Assembly (NCBI GenBank): GCA_001818315.1
Contig: MHKF01000012.1
Span: forward strand, 194,080-249,148
Direction: 5' to 3'
From: Candidatus Kerfeldbacteria bacterium RIFCSPLOWO2_02_FULL_42_19
Lineage (GTDB): Bacteria > Patescibacteriota > Patescibacteriia > HO2-48-17
DNA: 55,069 nt
Positions within the stretch are counted from its first letter, which is position 1; every line of letters starts with the position of its first letter. Below, piece after piece: positions 44,881 through 53,500 of the stretch. Under the pieces are notes generated by a model. The model was not told where the DNA came from. It was given only the letters and a program-made list of their open reading frames with translations, and did not search any database. Made by a program: the position numbers and the translations under genes.

Positions 44881-46167
44881 TTACATCATTTTTTTTCGGA
44901 TGAAGGTAGGAATTTCTAAATCTTCCTCAAGTTTTGTGGGTTTCGTCTCGTGTGTTATGGGTCGTGCTTCAATCGTTTCTTCTTTGCCAACAGTTTGCCT
45001 TCGAAATCCTCCGGCGTCTTTTGAGAGCGGTTCAGCCTCTTCTATTTTAATCTTCGAAGAAAATGGCGATTTTACAGCTGGTTTCACTTTGCGAGTCGCT
45101 TGTTTTCCTTGTGGTCCGAAACCCGTAGCCACGACTGTAATCTTGATTTCATCTTGTAAACTATCATCGATCACTGACCCAAAAATAATGCGTGCATTTG
45201 GATCAGTTGTTTCTGTAATAACTCGTGCCGCTTCATTGACTTCATACATCCCAAGGTTGGAACTTCCTGAGATAGTAAACAAGATCCCTTTTGCTCCATC
45301 AATAGACATTTCGAGCAGCGGACTATCGATAGCTGCTTTCGCCGCTTCTACTGCTCGGTTTTCCCCAGAAGCAGTTCCGATACCCATGAGAGCTGAACCA
45401 GCGTTTTCCATGACAGATTTTACATCAGCAAAATCAACGTTGATAAGACCTGGGAGAGTGATCAAATCTGAAATTCCTTGTACCCCTTGTCTTAAAACGT
45501 CATCCACAATTTTGAAGGCATCAAGCAGTGATGTTTTTTTGTCAATAATTTGGAGGAGGCGATCATTGGGGATAGTAATGATCGTATCGACTTTTGATTG
45601 GAGTTCTGTGAATGCATTCTCTGCAATCGCTTTTCGTTGTTCACCTTCGAATGCAAATGGTTTCGTTACGATAGATACGGTGAGTGCTCCTAAGTCTCTC
45701 GCGAGTTCCGCAATCACAGGCAGCGACCCTGATCCTGTGCCTCCGCCGAAGCCAGCGGTTAAAAAGACCATGTCTGCTCCTTTGAGGATTTTTTCAATGT
45801 CTTCTATGTTTTCTTCAGCTGCTCTGCGACCGACATCCGGATCCATACCTGCTCCGAGACCACGTGATGTATTCTGGCCAATGTGAACACGTACTGGGGC
45901 TTTTGAATGATGCAGCGATTGTGAATCAGTATTCACAGCAATCAATTCAATGCCTTTGATTTGTGCTTCTACCATGCGATTGATCGCCGCACAGCCAGCT
46001 CCCCCCGCTCCGAGCACTTTAATTTTTGCAAATGTTTCAATTTCTGGTTTCACCTCCGTTGGTTTATTGTTATGCGAACGTCCATTGTTTTGAGACACAG
46101 ATGTTCGTTTATTTTCGTTTGCCACCTCGTTTGTTATTAAAAGTAAGTTTGATAGGAATATATGCAT
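44881..46167 (-). CDS. ftsZ: cell-division GTPase FtsZ
   Basis: IKVLGAGGAGCAAINRM, GGGTGSG, and a C-terminal conserved peptide (DLEIPTFIRKK). Confidence 0.95.
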   Translation of the reverse strand: MHIFLSNLLLITNEVANENKRTSVSQNNGRSHNNKPTEVKPEIETFAKIKVLGAGGAGCAAINRMVEAQIKGIELIAVNTDSQSLHHSKAPVRVHIGQNTSRGLGAGMDPDVGRRAAEENIEDIEKILKGADMVFLTAGFGGGTGSGSLPVIAELARDLGALTVSIVTKPFAFEGEQRKAIAENAFTELQSKVDTIITIPNDRLLQIIDKKTSLLDAFKIVDDVLRQGVQGISDLITLPGLINVDFADVKSVMENAGSALMGIGTASGENRAVEAAKAAIDSPLLEMSIDGAKGILFTISGSSNLGMYEVNEAARVITETTDPNARIIFGSVIDDSLQDEIKITVVATGFGPQGKQATRKVKPAVKSPFSSKIKIEEAEPLSKDAGGFRRQTVGKEETIEARPITHETKPTKLEEDLEIPTFIRKKMM

Positions 46168-46335
46168 TTTCCTCCAAAAGTATCGTTCAACGCGTTCTTC
46201 CTATTCTTTATCCACTCGTATTCTAACTGTGGATTTTTAAATATGCAAGTTTATGAACAAAAAGAGTATTCAATTTATCATTCTTGAACACTTTTTTTAT
46301 TTGATTTCTACAACTGTTTTGTTTCTGAGATTCAT

Positions 46336-46493
46336 GCGAGAAAGGGAGGGCATAGGTTTTTTTCAAATGCGTTGTGATAAGTCACTGTATCAGATACAGT
46401 GGAAAGTGTGCCCTAAAACAACTCTTCCAAACACGATCATTCATGTTTGGGTATCACAGCATTTGAAAAAAACCTATGCCCTCCCTTTCTCGC
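46336..46493. repeat. 35-bp perfect inverted repeats enclosing 88 nt (MITE-like or large RNA stem-loop) in the ftsA-ftsZ spacer
   Basis: GCGAGAAAGGGAGGGCATAGGTTTTTTTCAAATGC at 46336-46370 is the exact reverse complement of 46459-46493. The stem extends by TGTGATA/TATCACA, and the spacer contains the palindrome CACTGTATCAGATACAGTG. Confidence 0.85.
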
Positions 46494-46538
46494 CCTTCCA
46501 CTCAGCAACAAAGAAAATGATTCTAATGTATAGCTTTA

Positions 46539-47783
46539 TTATGGCAACAGTGACCTAAACCACCTTTGCATTTTTTCGGTTGCATGGGAAAAAGATGAGA
46601 GTTTGTTGAGGCGAAAGCCTTTTTCCCTCGCTTGGTACTGCATGCCCCAACGTACTAATCCCGTTGCTGTTGTAAAAGCTGGATCTTGTATTTTATCAAT
46701 CGCTGTCGGGAGATCTCGTGGCACACCAAGCGAAGCTGGAAGACGGAATTGTTTTTTTGCGGCTTCAATGAGATCCGGGAGTTTTGCGCCTCCACCAGTC
46801 AGTACAACACCCGCGGGGAGTAAACCGTCTCGTTTAATATCGCGGAGTTCTTTATTGACGAGATGAAATATTTCTTCCACTCGTGCTTCAATAATGTCGA
46901 TGACTTCTTTGCGTGGGATGACTGCATTTTCATTTGAATCGATCGTTCCTAAATCAATTGTTTCGCGTTTTTGTACTTTTTCTGCTATTGCTGAACCAAA
47001 ACGGAGTTTGACTTGTTCTGCAATGTCTATGGAAGTACGAAGTCCTATAGCGATATCGTTTGTAATATGTCCGGCGCCAATCGGAAGTACTTTGGTATGT
47101 AATACATCGCCTTCCTCAAAGATCATAATACTCGTTGTAGTGCCTCCGAGATTGACTAACCCTACGCCGAGTTCTTTTTGTCGTTTTGTAAGGGTGCTTT
47201 CTGAACATGCGAGTACACTCATGACTAAATCGTCAATATCTACTCCGGTACGATAGATGCATTTGGTGAGATTTTTTATTTGGGATGACAGGCCGAGAAT
47301 AATTTGTGCATCCACCTCGAGTTTAATTCCGGTCATTCCGACAGGATCCTTAATATTTTTTTGATTATCTACAGAAAAATTTCGTGGGAGTACATGGAGA
47401 ATTTCGTAATTTGGAGGGGATGAGACTGTTTGCGCTGCTTCAATAACGCGCTGGATATCTTCTTCTTGAATTTCTCCATCAGCTTTAGCAACTGCTACGA
47501 CCCCGTGGCTATCCTGACAGGTAATGTGATGGCCATTGATAGAGACGAAAGCGTGCTCAATGGGTATGCCAGTCATGCGCTCAGCCTTTTCGAATGTTTG
47601 GGAGATACTTGTGACCGCATCTTCAATGCTTACAATATTTCCTTTGGAAATACCTTCACTCGGGTTTTCGGCAGCACCAATAATATGGAGTCCTTCTTGT
47701 CCATGAGTACCGACTTGTGCTATTACGACACGGATGGTTGTTGAACCTATATCGAGACCGGTAAAAATATCATCTTTTCGCAT
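46539..47783 (-). CDS. ftsA: cell-division protein FtsA
   Basis: Actin-fold motifs GLDIGSTTIRVVI and VNLGGTTTSI, plus a C-terminal amphipathic tail. Confidence 0.92.
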   Translation of the reverse strand: MRKDDIFTGLDIGSTTIRVVIAQVGTHGQEGLHIIGAAENPSEGISKGNIVSIEDAVTSISQTFEKAERMTGIPIEHAFVSINGHHITCQDSHGVVAVAKADGEIQEEDIQRVIEAAQTVSSPPNYEILHVLPRNFSVDNQKNIKDPVGMTGIKLEVDAQIILGLSSQIKNLTKCIYRTGVDIDDLVMSVLACSESTLTKRQKELGVGLVNLGGTTTSIMIFEEGDVLHTKVLPIGAGHITNDIAIGLRTSIDIAEQVKLRFGSAIAEKVQKRETIDLGTIDSNENAVIPRKEVIDIIEARVEEIFHLVNKELRDIKRDGLLPAGVVLTGGGAKLPDLIEAAKKQFRLPASLGVPRDLPTAIDKIQDPAFTTATGLVRWGMQYQAREKGFRLNKLSSFSHATEKMQRWFRSLLP

Positions 47784-47835
47784 ACGTTTTCTTCATCAAT
47801 TTGTGCAGTCATTATAACAGGAAATACGTTTGTAC

Positions 47836-48201
47836 TCAAAAAAGTTCTAAAATATACGGGAAGAAAATGAGAATTCCCACAATGAGTGCAGAAAGCGAAG
47901 CTACTAACACTGCCGACGCCATCATATCTTTAATGACGCTCGCATAATAATGAATTCGTGGTTTGAGAATATCGACCATGCGCTCAAACATAGTGTTAAG
48001 GAGTTCGAGAATAATCACAAGTGCCATCACACCAATGAGTGCGACCGCTTCAATCACTCGTACACGAAGGATGATCATAAGAATAAACACTATGCTTGCG
48101 AAAAATATTTGGATACGAAAATTCTGTTCATGTTTCCAAGCATAGTACAGTCCCTGAAGCGCATATTGGAAACTTTTAATCAGTATCTTGAAATGGATCA
48201 T
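47836..48201 (-). CDS. dgkA: diacylglycerol/undecaprenol kinase (DgkA family)
   Basis: 121 aa with 3 TM helices, and NFRIQ and ELLNTMFERMVD motifs. Confidence 0.85.
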   Translation of the reverse strand: MIHFKILIKSFQYALQGLYYAWKHEQNFRIQIFFASIVFILMIILRVRVIEAVALIGVMALVIILELLNTMFERMVDILKPRIHYYASVIKDMMASAVLVASLSALIVGILIFFPYILELF

Positions 48202-48623
48202 AACGATTGCGCGATAGTGTTATGGAGACGGAACATAGTTTTGGCTTCTTTGGTTGTCTTGTGATCGTAGCCTCGTAAGTGTAAGAATCCGTGAATAATA
48301 AGAAATTCCAATTCCTTTTTGAGTGAATGTCCTTGTATTTTCGCTTGTTTTCGTGCAATTGTCGGGGTAATCATCATTTCACCTAAAAAATATTTTTCTT
48401 TGTTACCTTTTGGTTTTTTATATCCAAAAGAGAGAACATCTGTTGGTGTATCAATATGCCGATACTGTTTGTTAAAGCGTTGAATAGTTTTCGTACTCAC
48501 GAATGCTAATGCGATGAAGAAGTTTGGTTGTGTTTGGGTATATTTGCATCCGACTCGGAGAATCTTTAATACGCGTTCCCTGGACAGATACCGTATTACG
48601 CCGTCAAGTTCCATCTTTATCAT
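48198..48623 (-). CDS. ybeY: rRNA maturation endoribonuclease YbeY
   Basis: HGFLHLRGYDH zinc-binding motif. ATGA overlap with dgkA. Confidence 0.92.
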   Translation of the reverse strand: MIKMELDGVIRYLSRERVLKILRVGCKYTQTQPNFFIALAFVSTKTIQRFNKQYRHIDTPTDVLSFGYKKPKGNKEKYFLGEMMITPTIARKQAKIQGHSLKKELEFLIIHGFLHLRGYDHKTTKEAKTMFRLHNTIAQSL

Positions 48624-48641
48624 AGGCGTATTGCTTGATTC

Positions 48642-49919
48642 TCATTGATTGATATTCTGATTCGATGTATTCGTGTTGTTGGTGTTGCTTTTATTTGTGT
48701 TTTGATTTGTTTTGTTGCTGTTGCTAGTATTTGTATTGGCATTTTTGTTTGTATTCATATTTTGATTGGTATTTTTTGGAGTGTTTGTGTTGGTATTTTT
48801 ATTCGTCTTTGTATTTGTGTTGTTTTGACTATTAGTATTATTGTTTTCAGGTATATCTTTTGAAGGCGTGATAAGTTTAAGCGATATATACATCATCGTG
48901 AAGGTAGTACGGAAACTTTCTTCTTCGCGCAATCCCGTGTTATACGTAATGCCATAGATATATTTTTCGCTCGCGAAATATGCTGTTTTTGTGTCAGTAC
49001 TCATGACACCCATAAGTCCGTTTTTTGTTTGAATCTCTTTGGGCTCTGGGTCAGATGCATTGAGTTGTTCTTTGTACCATTTCTTTGCACTTCCACCGGA
49101 AGTATTCTCGAGCACAAATATTTCTATAAATTCCCCTGTGTCGGCGGTAAAGAGTACTGTTTTTTGCCCTTCATCAGTACTTTTTTGGAGCCAGCTTTGT
49201 GGAGACAGGACTGTATACCCCCATATTTGGTTCGTAAATTGAGTAATTTGCGGAGAGTTTTCGAGTCTGCCGTTGCCAAGTGGGTCGTAGAGATTGAGGA
49301 CTTCTTCGCCGTCTTGATACGTATCCGCATCACTATCGGGGCGGTTGACGCGTGTTCCGTAGAGTGTTTCTTCGAGGTCAGTGAGTTTATCTTCGTCAGT
49401 GTCTTTTGCTGAATTCATGGCCGCTGTGTTCGTATTTTCGTTGGCGTTGTCGTTTTCTGCAACATTGGCATTCGCACTTTCATTGGTGTTTGTATTGGCA
49501 TTCACTGTTACGTTTGTATTTTCATTCGTGTTCGTATTTTCGTTGGTTGTTGTGTTGGGAGTGTTATTGGTATTTATGGTATTCGTATTCAAAGATGTGT
49601 TGACGAGCAACGTATTGACGTCATTTACGATCGTTGCTCGCGGTGTATTCGCTACGGCATTGTTAGTAATATTTTCTTGAAAGAGACCGCGAAAAACAAA
49701 AACGCTTGCTCCCGTAACTCCGGCGAGGAGCACTACAATAATAATGACGGTGATCATTTTATTTTTATTTTTTTTCTGAGCACCTTTTATTTCTAGAAAT
49801 TTTTTCGGCATCGTGTGCACTTCACTTGGGTTTTGACTAAGGTTCCCGTTTACCATTCCGTTATTTTTTGAGTTTGGTTTTGTAAATTTTGGATCAAGCG
49901 GATTCATTGTACTATTCAT
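48642..49919 (-). CDS. membrane-anchored N/T-rich low-complexity surface protein
   Basis: One TM helix (MITVIIIVVLLAGVTGASVFVF). It has long (N-T-x) runs in the N-terminal half and at the C-terminus, a central globular part, and one TSP3-like acidic motif (DSDADTYQDGEEV). Confidence 0.6.
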   Translation of the reverse strand: MNSTMNPLDPKFTKPNSKNNGMVNGNLSQNPSEVHTMPKKFLEIKGAQKKNKNKMITVIIIVVLLAGVTGASVFVFRGLFQENITNNAVANTPRATIVNDVNTLLVNTSLNTNTINTNNTPNTTTNENTNTNENTNVTVNANTNTNESANANVAENDNANENTNTAAMNSAKDTDEDKLTDLEETLYGTRVNRPDSDADTYQDGEEVLNLYDPLGNGRLENSPQITQFTNQIWGYTVLSPQSWLQKSTDEGQKTVLFTADTGEFIEIFVLENTSGGSAKKWYKEQLNASDPEPKEIQTKNGLMGVMSTDTKTAYFASEKYIYGITYNTGLREEESFRTTFTMMYISLKLITPSKDIPENNNTNSQNNTNTKTNKNTNTNTPKNTNQNMNTNKNANTNTSNSNKTNQNTNKSNTNNTNTSNQNINQ

Positions 49920-49945
49920 GGTGTGTGATTTAAAGAGATAACTTT

Positions 49946-50542
49946 TTAAGGTTGTGGAGTATTTTCAAGGGCTTTATTGACATCTCGCAGTGTTCCTGGA
50001 CCGTTGGGATTATAGTATCGACTGACCTCTTCGCCATCTTTATATCCATCTTTGTCGGTATCTGGATTGCGTGGGTCAGTCTTATATACTTTCACTTCTT
50101 TGTAGTCAGATAGGCCGTCATTATCCGTGTCTGCGTCTGCTGGATCGGAATTTGTGTTCTTTTCTTCTTCATTACTTAAGCCATCATTATCTGTGTCGGT
50201 ATCTTGATAATTGATGACGCTGGGCGCTGTGTTGAGTTCCGCAGGTGTTTTTTCTGGTATATTAGAAAGTGATGGTATCTGTTGATTTGTACCGGTATTC
50301 GTCGGTTGATTACTCTGTGACGTATTGTGTGATCGTTGTTTTGTGAAAAACCACCCTCCGACACCTATGATTCCTAAAAAGATGATTACACTCACAATAA
50401 TGATAATTTTCCTCGCAATCCCTCGATTCTCTTTTTGTGGTTCTTCTGTACCTGGAGTTTGCGGAAATAATTCCGAAGCTTTTAAGGCTTTGCCGCGTTG
50501 GGTTTGCAGTGGATCTGGATTTTGAGGTGTACTCTGAGGCAT
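49946..50542 (-). CDS. membrane-anchored protein with thrombospondin type 3-like Ca-binding repeats
   Basis: A TM helix, then DTDNDGLSNEEE, DADTDNDGLSDYKE and DTDKDGYKDGEEV repeats. Confidence 0.65.
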   Translation of the reverse strand: MPQSTPQNPDPLQTQRGKALKASELFPQTPGTEEPQKENRGIARKIIIIVSVIIFLGIIGVGGWFFTKQRSHNTSQSNQPTNTGTNQQIPSLSNIPEKTPAELNTAPSVINYQDTDTDNDGLSNEEEKNTNSDPADADTDNDGLSDYKEVKVYKTDPRNPDTDKDGYKDGEEVSRYYNPNGPGTLRDVNKALENTPQP

Positions 50543-50545
50543 AGT

Positions 50546-53500
50546 TTATGGATTCATTTGTAATGTATTGTGTATAATTGTCGTTTGTGGTGCCTGATCC
50601 GCATCAACGTCATTTCTTAACCCGTAATTAAAGCAATTACAGGAAGAACCTGGAACTCCGTCACAAGGGTTCATCGCCGGATTATCGCTCTCAAGCCCCC
50701 CATCTCCATCATTATCATAACGTACCCAGGACACATCATCATAGCGGTATTCAAGATTGGCAAATACCCAGGCCGCTTGCCCGTTCGGTGTAACTTTATA
50801 TTGATAGACGCGCGATTTTCCTGATGGAATGCCGGCAGAATTTCCAATACTTGGACAAACGTAGGCTTGCGCGTCCGGTTTCCAGCATGTTTCTGCTTCG
50901 GCATCAAATCCTTGTGTCGCTGGACAATTCGTTTGTGGGTCATCGAAGCTATTGATTGGATCTATGGGAATAAATGAAAGACTTGGTCCTAAAGTTTCAG
51001 CCCATGAATTCCATTTACTGGTGGTTTGGTACCGTAAGAAAGTACCCGCTTTCAAATCAGGATAACGTCTGTTTTGTACGTACGAATCACGTAAGAGCGC
51101 GGCCATGGCGCCAAGTTCAGTAACACGTTTGGTGTCGCGTACCAGTTCGTCTTTAAGATCCACATTGACATTGGTATTGAAGCTCCAATTTGCAATCATT
51201 TCTCTAAATATCTTTTGCGTTTCATTATTTGCTCCTTCGCTATAGGAGATAATGTAGATATTGCTGAAGAGATTTTTCAAACCGCCGTTATCCGCCGCGT
51301 CATACTGATTCGTGCCCGCAATATAGACAGTTCGACCGACCTGAACCGCTTCATATCCATTGACTCCTCCAGAAATTATAGAGTAGTTCGCAACCGGGTT
51401 TGGCGCATGTTCTTTATACCATTGCGCCGGATTGAGTCTTTCTGGATTTGCAAACACGCGTACGCCAATGCCATCGTGCGTTCCGCCACCTTGCGTAAAA
51501 AGATATTCGCGATAAACACCTTGTGGCAGTCCAGTGCTTTTGACGAGTGTATTATTAAAAGTTGATTCAGCAGAATATTCGTCTTTGCAGTAGCGAATAA
51601 TCTGATGGAGAGGCGTGAGAGAGCCTGCGTCATCGCCATTGCCATCAATATCAGAAAATGCCCATGGATTCTGGCAATAGAAAACATAGATCGGTAGCGA
51701 GCCGAATTTGGGTGGATCGCTTGCGTACCCATCATTCGTTGGACGTGCGTAGGCAAATACTTCCACTTCGCCATTTTGATTCAGGCCATTAGTATTGATA
51801 GGCAAAACATTTGTTGTGCTTGCTTCTGCGTTTATGATCGTTTGTCCTGCAGGTGTGACTTCCCAATCCCATCGCCAGCTATACCCTGGTATTGGAGCGA
51901 TAGTAAAGCCTTCTCGGGATTTTCCTTGTGCAAAAACGACACCAGTTTGATTGCGCTCAAAGAATGTATCATGAGAATCAGCTGGCGGATGTAATGGATC
52001 AAACGCTATTGGATCTTGCGGGATGTAGGGAGTGAGTTTGAGATTAGCTAGTTCGCAAAAGCTATCGGTTGTTGTAAACTCGAAGTTCTTATTATGGAAA
52101 CCGCTTGCGTTCAAATCTGGTCCGTTCATGCCAATGTTGTTTTTACTTACAACACCGTTTGGTACGTTATCCGTCAGAATATCATCTCCTTTCCAGACTG
52201 CTTTGAGTGCGGTATTTCCGGGCAGCGCCTCTGTTGTGGGAATAAATTGCGCAACAGTTTTTCTATCCCTCTCTGAACCTGTGTGATATACCCGGAGTTG
52301 GCCGATGTTACTGATATTTTCGTAGGTATTACCGACAGCACGAATAAAGCCCGTGTCGGTTGCGACGATGTCTTTAAAGAAGATGTCGGTTGTGCTAGAG
52401 AGTGTCCAAGGGCCGCCAAGATACATCGCGATGACGCCGTTATCGCCGGAAATCCACGTTCGTCGTGTCGTTGGGAGTATTTGAACGCCCGTAAGATTCG
52501 TTGATTGGAATGCTGGATCAGGAGGTATGATTTGCCAACCGTTTGGTTGTTGATCGTTAAAGAGTACCATGCCGTTATTGCCGACTGCATAGAGTACGGG
52601 CGCTGTGGCGAGAGCGTGAATTGCTTTGAGATTTTCTGGTGTGCCGCCTTCAAATTCTTTGCTATATCCTTCGCCTGTTTTAAACCGAACGATCGTTCCT
52701 TTATTTCCGATCATCCAGATATTATCTGGTATTGCAGTTACATCATTGAGATGTTCGGCTGTTATCGTCCCTTGTGGATTTTCGTTTTGCCAAATAACAC
52801 CAGTAAATCGGAGCATCGTTCCATTGTCGCCGACTGCCCAGACATTATTAGGAGCTGTTGCTGCGGCCCCTCGTAGATGGGTTGTCACGCCGCTGTTTTC
52901 TTTGCTCCAGACACCGCCAGCGAGTTTGAGAATCGTTCCATTGTCGCCGACTGCCCATGCTTGGGTTGCGTCGAGTACAAAGACGTCGTTGAGTTCTTCT
53001 GTTGTTGGACTTACTTCCGTTTGCCAATTCGCTCCATCGTATTTGAGAATCGTGCCATTACCTCCTACAGCGATAATGAGATTTTCGGCAAAGGAATCAA
53101 TAGCATTGAGGTGTTCGCTGACAGGAGAAACGTGACTACCGTCGCTTGGGTTATAGATGCGACTCCCAACGCCTTCTTTTAAGAGTTGAAAGTTATCATT
53201 TGCAAATGTGATACTTGCTGGATTCATTTCGCGACTGAAGGTGAATTCTAATACGGCATTTTTGCAGACGTATGATCCATCGGTTGGTAGGCTGGATTCA
53301 ACAATAGGACGAGCGACACAACAGAGTTGTGCTTGACCTGCCACAACACCGCAGCCATTGGTTATGAAATCACCACATTGAGCGTCATTCGTGCAGCCGC
53401 AGTAAAGACCTCGTGTGCCGCCTGTGCATGTTTCGAGATTTGGTACACACGTGAGTCCTGGGAGCCAGCTGTCACGTTCTGCAATATCGGGATTGCAGCA

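Noticed and set aside
44819-45886. 355-aa plus-strand ORF
   Set aside because: It lies entirely antisense to ftsZ, which has unmistakable tubulin/FtsZ motifs. The translation is S/A/P-rich and low-complexity, typical of the reverse frame of a real gene.
46253-46558. 101-aa plus-strand ORF in the ftsA-ftsZ spacer
   Set aside because: It is read straight through the two arms of the 35-bp perfect inverted repeat and overlaps the ftsA 3' end. It has no SD and no motifs, so it is an artefact of the repeat.
48650-49620. Short tandem GT-rich repeats that could be mistaken for a repeat array or CRISPR
   Set aside because: They are irregular and have no repeat-spacer periodicity. They lie inside a continuous ORF and encode the N/T-rich low-complexity tracts.
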